Both the position numbers and the translations under genes were made by a program. The notes beneath the pieces were generated by a model. It did not search any database. It was not told where the DNA came from and was given only the letters and a program-made list of their open reading frames with translations. DNA of 64,000 nt. It comes from a virus. Positions 46,041 through 55,810 of this stretch are shown in pieces (position 1 is the first letter of the stretch; each line of letters starts with the position of its first letter). Location of the stretch: IMG/VR virus record IMGVR_UViG_3300020607_000001, positions 7,967 to 71,966 of that record. One strand, given 5' to 3'.

Positions 46041-48602
46041 ATGCAAGTCATGCAAGGTGCTGAATTCAAACAAGCTCAGGTTGTCATCGGCCAGCAAACG
46101 AAAACAAAGGGGTTCTCAGTCTCTGATGATCCTATGCTCATGAGCATCTTGTCCACTGGTCTCTACCAGAACCCCCTGAAAAGCATGATCCAAGAAGCTG
46201 TCTTCAATGCGTGGGATGCTCACAAAGCAGCCGGTCGCACAGACAAGCCAATTGAGATTGTCTTCACCGACGATAACCAACTGATCATTTCGGACTACGG
46301 ATATGGCATCGACCCCGATGACATGTACGAGATTTATTGTGTCTATGGTGCATCGACAAAGCGTGATGACAACGATCAGACAGGGGGTTTTGGGCTTGGT
46401 TGTAAGGCACCCTTTGCCTATACCGACTCATTCCGTGTAACCTCTTCCCACAATGGGAAGCGTCACCTGTATCTTGTCAGTCGTGCCAACGATGACAATG
46501 ATGGGAAACCCGGCATCACCGAGCTGGTAGGCGATCTTGATTGCCTCGACTCAGGTCTGGTGGTCTCCATTCCCTTAAAGGACGAACGTGATGCTGTTAA
46601 AGCATACGAGATCCTCAAAAACAAAATCTTCCCCTACTCCGGTATCAACTGGAAACTGACCTTCAAAGAACACGATGAAGAGGCAGAACAGGAAGCTGAA
46701 CTGGCCCCCGGCGAGTTCGTTCTTGGTCCCGGTCGCATGAACATGCACGAGGGCCTGACAGCTCAGTATGGTGGCGTTGCTTACAACGTCCCCTACGACG
46801 ATGAGTGTGGCTACCGAGAGGAATACAACTTCCTCTGCAACACCATTGGTGCTGTTGGTTCTGTACGTGCAGGCTTCGCCTCTGGCACCCTGACACCTCT
46901 TCCTTCACGGGAGGGCCTAAACCTCTCTGAAACGACTGTCATCAATCTGCGTGACCAAATCCAAGCTGTGATCAACGAACTCAACGTTCTGATCCATCCA
47001 ATGATGAAGCTGGCCATCGACTGGGTTGCTCACTGTGTGGGCGACACTGACGCTGAACTGTACGACTCAGAAGGTAACTACTCTCACCATCGTGGAACAC
47101 CCTTCAGCAATTTCTGCCAAGCAGGGATCACGAAGAACTTCTCTGATGTCATCACTGGTGAGCAGAAGCGTATGTTCATCGACCAACCCATTGATCCTGA
47201 TCAAAATGCCGAACTCGTTGAGCGTCTGCGTATGGTCATCATGGATCACACCAAAAAGATGATCAAAGTAGTTGGTATTGACTGGTTCCTCAAGCGTCGT
47301 GCTGTTGCATGGTCAGTCCAGAATGGACATGATCGTGAACGATTCGACATCTTGTTGCGTGAAAGCCAACGTCACAGCAGTTGTATTCTGAGCGAGCGCC
47401 TCAATCAACGAACCATCGAGAAGACAATCAACGCATTGCTTCAGGTGTCTCGATTGGTAGGCATCAAACCTCACCTCCGGACTCGTATCCGGGGAGAGAA
47501 TGCCTCTTCACGTTTCACCCCGGTGGCCGAAGAGACATCACCCAACTCCTACAGCCGTTCAATCAAGTACGAGGAGATGAAGAAGGCTGGCAAGCATTTA
47601 CCAACTGAACGCATCAAACTCCACACCTTACGTGCATCTCAGGGCAGTCGGAGTGCTCCGAAGAGCTTGGACCCAAACGTGATTGTTCTGGCTCACACGA
47701 TCAAAGACGCGAACTATGCAGATGAAGCGGAGACTTCCTACAACTCCAATCGTCGCAAAACTCCCATCTTTGTGGTCGGAACCAGTGTGGCAAAAATGAC
47801 AAAGGCTCAGGAATTCCTACAAGCTGAAGGCTATGAGGTGCTGGTTGCTCCCAAATATGTGGAGCCTCAGTACACCATCGAAAATCCAAATCCTTCGGTC
47901 CCTGTGTTCGAAGGGTGGCCTCGTCTGGATCCTCATGCTCAAGGTTTTGCCTGCGAATATGAGACACACAAAGAGCCAACGATGTACATCTTGTACTCGA
48001 AGACTCGGTTCAAAGAAGAAAACGATTACTACTATCGTCGTTCAAAGGATCGTCTCGATCACAATGCTGTTTATTCGATTAAACGGTTCTTCTCTGATGA
48101 TCGTATTGTAGTCATCAACCACCCCAACAAGGTACGTGCTGTCAAGAAGCTGGGCATCCAGTCACTTGGCGAACGTGTCGATGAGATGGTTCGGAAGATG
48201 TTCTCTGATGCTTCGTTCATCGGCAAACTGTCGATGCACCAATATGCTGAAGAAAACGGCAATGTCCCGGATGGACTGCTACAAATCCCTGAGTTCTCAA
48301 AGCTCTTGGGTCTACCATACATCCGGACTCGTGAACTGATCAAATTCCGTCAGGCCAAAGAGCTGCTGGACAACCTGTCCGAATGTACTTCTGACGTGCT
48401 TTGTTCTGATGACACACGAGCACTCATCAAAAAGAATATGGCAGTGGATCCCGCTGCTGTAACTCGGACTACCTCATTGCTGACAGCTTTGAACGTTCTC
48501 GATGCTCGTGTCCTCAAAGACCGGATCAACGGAATGGGCGAAGGCGAACGCAAGGTGTATGCCGAGAAACTCGCCCGGTTCGTCCGGACAACTGCAACCT
48601 GA
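46041..48602 (+). CDS. rIIA: rIIA-like protein
   Basis: GHKL ATPase motifs: LYQNP...QEAVFNAWDAH, DYGYGI, YGASTK, GGFGLGCKAPFAY. Confidence 0.9.
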   Translation: MQVMQGAEFKQAQVVIGQQTKTKGFSVSDDPMLMSILSTGLYQNPLKSMIQEAVFNAWDAHKAAGRTDKPIEIVFTDDNQLIISDYGYGIDPDDMYEIYCVYGASTKRDDNDQTGGFGLGCKAPFAYTDSFRVTSSHNGKRHLYLVSRANDDNDGKPGITELVGDLDCLDSGLVVSIPLKDERDAVKAYEILKNKIFPYSGINWKLTFKEHDEEAEQEAELAPGEFVLGPGRMNMHEGLTAQYGGVAYNVPYDDECGYREEYNFLCNTIGAVGSVRAGFASGTLTPLPSREGLNLSETTVINLRDQIQAVINELNVLIHPMMKLAIDWVAHCVGDTDAELYDSEGNYSHHRGTPFSNFCQAGITKNFSDVITGEQKRMFIDQPIDPDQNAELVERLRMVIMDHTKKMIKVVGIDWFLKRRAVAWSVQNGHDRERFDILLRESQRHSSCILSERLNQRTIEKTINALLQVSRLVGIKPHLRTRIRGENASSRFTPVAEETSPNSYSRSIKYEEMKKAGKHLPTERIKLHTLRASQGSRSAPKSLDPNVIVLAHTIKDANYADEAETSYNSNRRKTPIFVVGTSVAKMTKAQEFLQAEGYEVLVAPKYVEPQYTIENPNPSVPVFEGWPRLDPHAQGFACEYETHKEPTMYILYSKTRFKEENDYYYRRSKDRLDHNAVYSIKRFFSDDRIVVINHPNKVRAVKKLGIQSLGERVDEMVRKMFSDASFIGKLSMHQYAEENGNVPDGLLQIPEFSKLLGLPYIRTRELIKFRQAKELLDNLSECTSDVLCSDDTRALIKKNMAVDPAAVTRTTSLLTALNVLDARVLKDRINGMGEGERKVYAEKLARFVRTTAT

Positions 48603-48612
48603 AAGGACCAAA

Positions 48613-50121
48613 ATGTCTGACAACACGAAGAACATTGTCCGCATGATCGCCGGAGAAGATAAACTCACCCTGATTACGATCAAGGGTGAGCTGATCGACA
48701 TCGCAAATGGCGACATGTACGACACGGAAAAGATGGTCGATGTTCTCACCCCCAAACTGACCGGTTTGGGTGGTGTTGAAGTCGATCTCGATGATTTCCT
48801 CATCATCAAGCAAGCACTATTCCCCGAAGATTACGCTGACGAAGGCGACATCATTGTTCGGGTGGTAGAGGGAAAAGAAGTCAAAGGCATCTTCTTCCCA
48901 CTGAAGATCGAAGTGGCTGTAAAGGTTGGCGAACAAGAAGTCGTCATCCCGGAAGCTGAACACCTCACCGGTCAAATGTCTCGTGCAATTGATCAAAACT
49001 CACCATCGGTGGCCAACTTCATGCGTCGTATCGCCAAAGTTGCTGCTGAACGTCGTCACTCTGCTGAAGATCTCATGAAGTTCATTCGTCACTGTGATCT
49101 GCCGTTGACTGATGCAGGAGACATCATCGCCTACAAACGGGTCAACCAGCGAGGCTCAGACTATGTTGACTGCCATTCCGGGACTGTGGTCCAGAATGTG
49201 GGCTACCGCGTCTACACGGACGTGGAAAAGGTCGATCCAGACCGCTCACGTGCATGTTCTAATGGCCTGCACGTCGGTTCCCTATCCTTCATGCGGAGCT
49301 TCTACGGTGGCCACACACTTGTGTGCTTGGTTCGTCCGGAAGATTTCATCGCTGTTCCAACCTACGACGAGAAGAAATGCCGTGTCTGTTCCTATGACAT
49401 CATCGGCGTCCTCTCTCCCGGAGACCGTGACAAGGTGAACAAGAGCGAGCACATTACTGACTCGCCGTTCAACGTTCTGATCGGTAACGCAGTGGCTGGT
49501 AACACAGTGACCATGACCCATGGGAACTACGTTGAAGGTATCGGCAAAACACGGGTCCACAAGATCGGTGAAATACCGGGCTTTGAGCCTGCTGAACCAA
49601 CGACAGAAACCTTGTCCGACGAAGAAGTCATCGCCAAAGGTCAGTCTCTTGAGACAGACACCACAGCGAAATCTCGTGGGACAAAGGTTCTGGCCAAAGC
49701 ACAGGCAGCCAAATCTGATTCTGTGCGTGATCAGGCTCGTGCATTGTTCGATGCACAGCAATGGGATGAACTCAAATCCTTCAAGAAAGCGAAGAAGAAG
49801 AGTTGGACAGTTCTCGGCTTCACTGGCTCTGAAGAAGAGACCATCCTCACATCTGGTCCATCCTTGGAACAAGGCGTCGAAGAAGTTGTCTCTGACATCG
49901 TTGAAGACGTGATCGCATCCAAGACCGAAGAACCAATGACAGATCTCCCCAAAGTGCCTGAACCGGCTCCAACGGGAACTGTGAAGGAACAAGCTCGTGC
50001 GTTGTTTGACGCTCAGGCATACGACCAACTGGTCGAGTTCCGGAAGACGAAGAAGAAAGGTTGGAAGATCCTTGGCTTCACTGCCAAAGAGATCAAGACA
50101 ATCGAGTCCTTCGCTTCCTAG
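48613..50121 (+). CDS. rIIB: rIIB-like protein
   Basis: DLMKFI...DLPLTDAGDIIAYKRV...DCHSG...VDPDR...CSNGLHV...PEDFIAVP...KCRVC.Y. Confidence 0.9.
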   Translation: MSDNTKNIVRMIAGEDKLTLITIKGELIDIANGDMYDTEKMVDVLTPKLTGLGGVEVDLDDFLIIKQALFPEDYADEGDIIVRVVEGKEVKGIFFPLKIEVAVKVGEQEVVIPEAEHLTGQMSRAIDQNSPSVANFMRRIAKVAAERRHSAEDLMKFIRHCDLPLTDAGDIIAYKRVNQRGSDYVDCHSGTVVQNVGYRVYTDVEKVDPDRSRACSNGLHVGSLSFMRSFYGGHTLVCLVRPEDFIAVPTYDEKKCRVCSYDIIGVLSPGDRDKVNKSEHITDSPFNVLIGNAVAGNTVTMTHGNYVEGIGKTRVHKIGEIPGFEPAEPTTETLSDEEVIAKGQSLETDTTAKSRGTKVLAKAQAAKSDSVRDQARALFDAQQWDELKSFKKAKKKSWTVLGFTGSEEETILTSGPSLEQGVEEVVSDIVEDVIASKTEEPMTDLPKVPEPAPTGTVKEQARALFDAQAYDQLVEFRKTKKKGWKILGFTAKEIKTIESFAS

Positions 50122-50143
50122 CCGGGCCACCTCTCCCGGCAAA

Positions 50144-50184
50144 GAGACCTCCCACCAACCTCCCGGTGGGAGGTCTTCTTTTTT
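50144..50184 (+). terminator. Rho-independent terminator
   Basis: AGACCTCCCACC-N8-GGTGGGAGGTCT followed by TCTTTTTT. Confidence 0.8.
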
Positions 50185-50330
50185 GGTTTGGCAGCAACGG
50201 ACTAGCCTATGCTCCAACCCGTTAGCCTCGGCCATTAGACAGCTATTCTCCTCATAGGCATAGGAGAAAAAGCAATCGAAAAGCTGACAAGCGATGGGGC
50301 CAAATCTTTCAACAAATTCAGGAGGTTACC

Positions 50331-50652
50331 ATGTCTGTAAAGACACTCATCCCGACTCTCACTGGGCGTCGGTGAATGACTCACCGGTGACACCTATGCC
50401 CTTCCAACCAAAGGGAAAAACATCGAAGACATGCCTCGTGTAACCATCAACGAACACGTTGATCGGTTCCTTGATTTCGCACCTGCCAACCCAAACCTCG
50501 CCTTCAAGGTGACCTGTGTCGGGACCGGCCTTGCCGTTTGAAACCATGAAGACATCGCTCCGATGTTCATTGGTGCTCCAGACAATTGTCATTTCGATGA
50601 GCTGTGGAAGCCATGGCTCGGAAACAATGTTCCCTATTGGGGAACTTTCTAA
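50331..50652 (+). pseudogene. Disrupted A1S_2505-family (macro-like) phage gene
   Basis: Frame reads GVGE*LTGDTYALPTKG...HVDRFLDFA..NPNLAFKVTCVGTGLAV*NHEDIAPMF.GAPDNC. TGA at 50377 and 50539. The SD-led ATG at 50331 is out of frame. Confidence 0.75.
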
Positions 50653-50663
50653 GGAGCAGCATC

Positions 50664-51215
50664 ATGGAGATTTATTATACCGGTATCGGAAGCAGAGAGA
50701 CGCCGAATGATATTCGTACCAAAATGTCCCAAGCAGCCAAAGTCATGGCAGGGTTGGGATTTATCCTCCGGTCCGGGGGAGCTGGCGGGGCCGATACTGC
50801 GTTCTATGAGGGGGTCAAGCAAGCCCAAGTGGCAGACAGATTTGCTGAAATCTATGTACCTAAAGTACCCTTCAATGGGTTCTCTCCGGAGTATGGCAAT
50901 TTCGGAACGGTACTCGGCCCACCAACCAAGAATGCACGACTGCTTGCCAAAAAGTACCATCCGAACTGGCCCGTCTTGGGTGATCTTGGACGAGATTTCA
51001 TGGCCCGAAACGCCTACCAAGTATTGGGGTCCGATCTTAACACCCCTTCCAGTTTCATCCTCTGTTGGACGCCTAATGGAAAAGTTGTCGGTGGCACCGG
51101 CCAAGCTCTCCGGATGGCCGACGACTTGGACATTCCCGTCCTCAATTTCGCTATTCACTCTGACGAGCACATCAGCGATTTCATCCTGTCACAAAGCAAT
51201 GGAGCAAATTCATGA
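50664..51215 (+). CDS. DprA/SLOG-family protein
   Basis: YTGIGSRETP, LRSGGAGGAD, HPNW, RNAYQVLG, GGTGQA. Confidence 0.85.
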   Translation: MEIYYTGIGSRETPNDIRTKMSQAAKVMAGLGFILRSGGAGGADTAFYEGVKQAQVADRFAEIYVPKVPFNGFSPEYGNFGTVLGPPTKNARLLAKKYHPNWPVLGDLGRDFMARNAYQVLGSDLNTPSSFILCWTPNGKVVGGTGQALRMADDLDIPVLNFAIHSDEHISDFILSQSNGANS

Positions 51216-51559
51216 AGTTAAAACAACGACTTATGTCTATGATCCGGAGCAAGGTTGGACTCCCCGAAGACGTTCAGAACTTGGTGGACTATATGGAGGA
51301 GATCGGCCAAGGTCAGGACTGTGTGATCTACCAAGGCAGGGAATTCCCGATTGCCTTGGGATCAGCGAATGGGGACATGATCGGTCAGCCGATGGTTTTC
51401 CGGACCAATGAAGAACGTGCTGCATTCGGTGCAGGCATTCACCACGGAATGAAGCTCATGGGAGGCTCTGCCTCTTTCATGGGCGACGAACAAACTCACT
51501 ACGAGTCGGATGAGATGGACGAAAAAGCCACTTACCGATTACCTCATCGGAAGTGTTGA
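51212..51559 (+). CDS. Hypothetical protein
   Basis: 115 aa, ATGA-coupled. Confidence 0.65.
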   Translation: MKLKQRLMSMIRSKVGLPEDVQNLVDYMEEIGQGQDCVIYQGREFPIALGSANGDMIGQPMVFRTNEERAAFGAGIHHGMKLMGGSASFMGDEQTHYESDEMDEKATYRLPHRKC

Positions 51560-51620
51560 TCCATAACGCCCGTCTTGGTATGACCGAGACCTTTCCTGAA
51601 CATAAACCAAGGGGTGCCAC

Positions 51621-53933
51621 ATGGACCAATTTTCCTTTCCTCAACCAATCTGCGAACAGATCTGGAACCAAAAGTACCGTTTCAAAACGGATCGTGAAGG
51701 CTTCAGATCTGATAGTGATGTGGTTGATACTTGGAGCCGTATCTCAAACGCATGTGCAAACTTGCCAAGGCTCCATAACCGACCAGAAGAAAAAGAAGCT
51801 CTCGCTCAGCGGTTCTTCAATGCCCTGTCTGGTTTTCAGTTCCTACCTGCTGGCCGTATCCAATCGGGTGCAGGAACAGAACGCAACGTGACTCTGTTCA
51901 ACTGCTTCGTCATGGGAACAATCCCTGATGATCTTGGGGGTATCTTCGATATGCTCAAGGAAGCTGCTCTAACAATGCAGCAAGGCGGTGGGATCGGTTA
52001 CGATTTCAGCACTCTCCGTCCCGAGAATGCTCCCGTCAAAGGGGTTGAGAGCTTCGCTTCCGGCCCACTGACATTCATGGATGTCTGGGACACAATGTGT
52101 AAGACGATTATGTCTGCTGGCTCACGCCGGGGGGCTATGATGGCCACAATGCGTTGTGATCACCCTGATGTCATGAAATTCATCACTGCAAAGCACGATG
52201 CACTACGTCTCCGAAACTTCAACGTTTCGGTACTGGTCACCGACGCCTTCATGGAAGCAGTGGATAACGATGAGATGTGGAACCTCGTCTTCGACGGTAA
52301 GACCTATTCACAGGTCAAAGCCAAAGAGATGTGGGAAGCGATCATTGAAAACACCTACAACTACGCTGAACCGGGCGTGATCTTCATCGACCGGATCAAC
52401 GAAGAAAACAACCTCCACTTCATGGAGACCATTGCAGCGACTAACCCATGTGGCGAACAACCATTGCCCCCGTATGGTGCCTGTCTTCTGGGATCCGTGA
52501 ACCTTGCTCAGTTTGCTTTCAATCCTTTCCAGTATGGGGCTGCCCTACGCTGGAACGACTTGGAAGAAGCAGTACGGACTGGGGTGCGTTTGCTTGACAG
52601 CGTGATTGATACGTCTGGTTTCCCTCTGGAAGCACAGCGTGAAGAGGCGCTTCTGAAGCGTCGCATGGGACTGGGTGTCACAGGTCTGGCTGACCTGCTG
52701 TTCATGCTGGGACATCGCTACGGTTCGCCGTCGGCTGTGGAACAGACTGACATGATCATGCAGCGAATTGCCGAATGGGCCTACGATGAGTCTATTAACA
52801 TGGCCATCGAAATGGGGTCTGCTCCATGTCTCATGGAACGTGAGGCACGGGAGAAGTTCGTTCAATCGGGCTTCATGAAGCGTATGCCCCAAACCATCCG
52901 TGATCGGATTGTCGAAGACGGCATCCGGAATTCACACCTCTTGAGCATCGCACCAACCGGCACGATCAGCATGTTTGCTGGCAACGTGTCATCCGGTGTC
53001 GAGCCGATCTTTGCTCCGTTCTATGACCGTAAGGTCACACGGGACAACGGTGAAAAAGAAAGCGAACGTGTATCAGTGTTCTCAGTTCATAAGTTTTTCG
53101 CTGCTGGTTTCACCGAAGATCACCAATGGTGGAAGGACTATATGGCCACCGCTCAAGATCTAACCCCTGCTGACCACATCGTCATGCAGGCGGCTGCACA
53201 GAAATGGATCGACTCGTCGATCTCCAAGACTGTGAACTGCCCGGAAGACATCTCTCTGGAGGACTTCCAAGCTGTGTATGAACACGCATATGCTACGGGC
53301 TGCAAAGGCTGCACGACCTACCGGCCAAATGACGTGACAGGCTCAGTCCTGAGCGTCGTCGAAGATGCTGAAACCAAAGAGGAAATGTCAGAGATGGAAC
53401 CGGTCAACGTACCGGCCATAATGGATCGTCCCGAAGTGGTGGATGGCTCGACATACAAACTCCGGTGGGGTCAAGACGCCTTCTACGTGACGTTGAACCA
53501 TGTTGCTGAAGCAGATGGTTACATCCCGTTCGAGATCTTTGTGAATTCAAAGAACCTTGAACACCAAGCGGCCATGGCTGCTTTGACGCGAATGATCAGT
53601 GCGATTTTCCGTCGTGGTGGGGATGTGAGCTTCGTAGCCGAGGAGCTGAAAAACGTTCACGATCCAAAGGGTGGGAACTTCGTTCAAGGACGTTACATCC
53701 CATCCCTATTCGCTCTGCTGGGGTACACCCTCGAAGAGCACCTTGGCTTGATTGGGTTCGTACCGACCCAAATGACAGAGCCTGCATCAGAAGCGGAGAC
53801 TATCAATCTCGAAGAGCAGTTGCCAGATACCGGGGTCATCCCGGATCAATGCCCAAGCTGCAAAGAATACGCTATGGTGAAGGTCTCTGGCTGCCCAACT
53901 TGTCAGAGCTGTGGCCACTCCAAATGTGGCTAA
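51621..53933 (+). CDS. nrdJ: Adenosylcobalamin-dependent (class II) ribonucleotide reductase
   Basis: FLPAGRI, TLFNCFV, GGGIGYDFS, TNPCGEQPL, IAPTGT, SISKTVN. C-terminal TSCPD-like domain and CxxC..C..CxxCG. No nrdB partner present. Confidence 0.92.
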   Translation: MDQFSFPQPICEQIWNQKYRFKTDREGFRSDSDVVDTWSRISNACANLPRLHNRPEEKEALAQRFFNALSGFQFLPAGRIQSGAGTERNVTLFNCFVMGTIPDDLGGIFDMLKEAALTMQQGGGIGYDFSTLRPENAPVKGVESFASGPLTFMDVWDTMCKTIMSAGSRRGAMMATMRCDHPDVMKFITAKHDALRLRNFNVSVLVTDAFMEAVDNDEMWNLVFDGKTYSQVKAKEMWEAIIENTYNYAEPGVIFIDRINEENNLHFMETIAATNPCGEQPLPPYGACLLGSVNLAQFAFNPFQYGAALRWNDLEEAVRTGVRLLDSVIDTSGFPLEAQREEALLKRRMGLGVTGLADLLFMLGHRYGSPSAVEQTDMIMQRIAEWAYDESINMAIEMGSAPCLMEREAREKFVQSGFMKRMPQTIRDRIVEDGIRNSHLLSIAPTGTISMFAGNVSSGVEPIFAPFYDRKVTRDNGEKESERVSVFSVHKFFAAGFTEDHQWWKDYMATAQDLTPADHIVMQAAAQKWIDSSISKTVNCPEDISLEDFQAVYEHAYATGCKGCTTYRPNDVTGSVLSVVEDAETKEEMSEMEPVNVPAIMDRPEVVDGSTYKLRWGQDAFYVTLNHVAEADGYIPFEIFVNSKNLEHQAAMAALTRMISAIFRRGGDVSFVAEELKNVHDPKGGNFVQGRYIPSLFALLGYTLEEHLGLIGFVPTQMTEPASEAETINLEEQLPDTGVIPDQCPSCKEYAMVKVSGCPTCQSCGHSKCG

Positions 53934-53938
53934 GCAAC

Positions 53939-53974
53939 CGGCCCTCCATCTTCGGATGGGGGGTCACTTTTTTC
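53939..53974 (+). terminator. Rho-independent terminator
   Basis: CTCCATC-TTCG-GATGGGG followed by GTCACTTTTTT. Confidence 0.7.
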
Positions 53975-53987
53975 ACAGGAGAAACCA

Positions 53988-54356
53988 ATGATCCTTCTAT
54001 CGTATGACAATGTGATGCGAGGGCTGAACAAAGGCATGAATATGCTTTGCGTCAGTGCCAATAGACACATGAACCGTGAGATGTTCGCCAATGCTGCTGA
54101 ACTTTGGTACGTCAAAGGATTCTCCGAAATCAAAAAACAACCCTATCAGATAGAATATGGACCAGCAGGAGACAGAGTGGCGATCAGGTTTGATCACCTT
54201 GTCAACATGCAGGCAGGGTCTTGGAGGGGTTTTCGTGGTGTTTTTCTTTTTCACCCGGAACTCGAAGAATTCAAACAACTGAGTACACGACAGCGTGAAG
54301 TGCTGATCGAGATGGACCACAGAAACCAAAGGAATGAAGAACAATGGCAACATTAA
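53988..54356 (+). CDS. Hypothetical protein
   Basis: 122 aa, AGGAG SD. Confidence 0.7.
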   Translation: MILLSYDNVMRGLNKGMNMLCVSANRHMNREMFANAAELWYVKGFSEIKKQPYQIEYGPAGDRVAIRFDHLVNMQAGSWRGFRGVFLFHPELEEFKQLSTRQREVLIEMDHRNQRNEEQWQH

Positions 54357-55621
54357 ACGACGAACAGCGTGCAGCCTTTACGGACACGCTGGCGTTCCTC
54401 AACGACCCTACCCGGAAATTCCACCGGGTCTCAGGTGGAGCAGGGACAGGCAAATCCTTCTTCATCTCGAAGGTTGCCACTGACATCTTGAAGCACACCG
54501 GCCCAGACGTTGATCTGTGGGACGTGGCCATTACGGCTACGACCAACAAGGCTGCTGCTGTGCTTGCCGACGCCATGCCTCATATGCGTGGCGAAATTGG
54601 CACAATCTATTCGGTCATGAACCTTCGGGTTCACTCGAACTACAATGACGGGACACAAAAAATCATCCCGACACGGAACTGGGTGGTCCATGATCGCACT
54701 TTGATCATTGTTGACGAAGCGTCGATGGTGAACAAGTCGCTGATGGAATACATCGAGAAGGGAACCACTGGCACTTGTAAGATCCTCTTCGTAGGAGACA
54801 AGAACCAATTGTCACCTGTGAAGGAGGCTATCAGCCCTGTCTATGCCAATCCCATCTCTGAAAGTCTGCTGCTGAAGCCTGTGCGGAATGCAGAACAGCC
54901 TGCCCTCATGGAACTTTGTGAACAGGCGGTTGATACCGTGCTGACCGGCAAATTCCATCCCATCAAGGAAGTCCCCGGAGTCATCGACTTTGTGGATGGA
55001 AACCAGCTTCAGGGTATCCTCGAACGGGAATACCACACTGAAGATCCTCGAAAGCGTGTGCTTTGCTACACGAACCGCCGTGTCATCGAATACAATGGTT
55101 TCATCCGTGAGCTGCGTGGTTTCACCCAGCCGTACAACGTGGGCGAGATCATGACCAACAACAGCTCTGCTGAACTGGTAGACAAGACCCGTCTTTATAC
55201 CGACCAAATGATTGAAATCGTTACGGTTTCTGCTCCCTACATCGACAACCAGATCATCAAAGATACCGACATAGAGATGGTCGATCTGGAAGTCCGGGAT
55301 CCGAGCACTGGGGCCGAATACTCGATCACTTGTTTCTGGGATCCTGATGACCGTCAGGAGGTGCTGAAATACTACAGCTCCCACAAACGCTGGGATCGGT
55401 ACTTCCGGGTCCGGGACAACTATCCCGATCTGCGAAGTGTTGCTTCATCCACCACTCACAAAGCTCAGGGTTCAACTTATGATTCTGTGATTGTGGATCT
55501 GGCTGACATCGGCAAATCAACCAACTCCGAACAGACAGCACGCATGATGTATGTGGCCTTGAGCCGCCCAAAGCATCGTCTGTACATTCGGGGCAAATTA
55601 CCTGATCGGTATTTCCAATGA
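54344..55621 (+). CDS. dda: SF1B Dda/RecD-like DNA helicase
   Basis: GGAGTGKS, ATTNKAA, IVDEASM, VGDKNQL, TTHKAQGST, YVALSR. Confidence 0.9.
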   Translation: MATLNDEQRAAFTDTLAFLNDPTRKFHRVSGGAGTGKSFFISKVATDILKHTGPDVDLWDVAITATTNKAAAVLADAMPHMRGEIGTIYSVMNLRVHSNYNDGTQKIIPTRNWVVHDRTLIIVDEASMVNKSLMEYIEKGTTGTCKILFVGDKNQLSPVKEAISPVYANPISESLLLKPVRNAEQPALMELCEQAVDTVLTGKFHPIKEVPGVIDFVDGNQLQGILEREYHTEDPRKRVLCYTNRRVIEYNGFIRELRGFTQPYNVGEIMTNNSSAELVDKTRLYTDQMIEIVTVSAPYIDNQIIKDTDIEMVDLEVRDPSTGAEYSITCFWDPDDRQEVLKYYSSHKRWDRYFRVRDNYPDLRSVASSTTHKAQGSTYDSVIVDLADIGKSTNSEQTARMMYVALSRPKHRLYIRGKLPDRYFQ

Positions 55622-55800
55622 CCAACGCTCAACACAAGTGGCTGAAAAAGCTCAGAGAAACTGGGTTTGTCGAAGCTGGTTGGGCTTGGGGACGTAGCCA
55701 ACGCAATCGTCCTCTTCGGAAATTGGTTGACCTTGGCTTAGCCAAAGAGGTAAGCAATCACCCCGACGGCTATTACTGTCATGGGTTTATCCCCAACTAA
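55618..55800 (+). CDS. Small basic hypothetical protein
   Basis: 60 aa, ATGA-coupled. Confidence 0.6.
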   Translation: MTNAQHKWLKKLRETGFVEAGWAWGRSQRNRPLRKLVDLGLAKEVSNHPDGYYCHGFIPN

Positions 55801-55810
55801 GGACATCATC

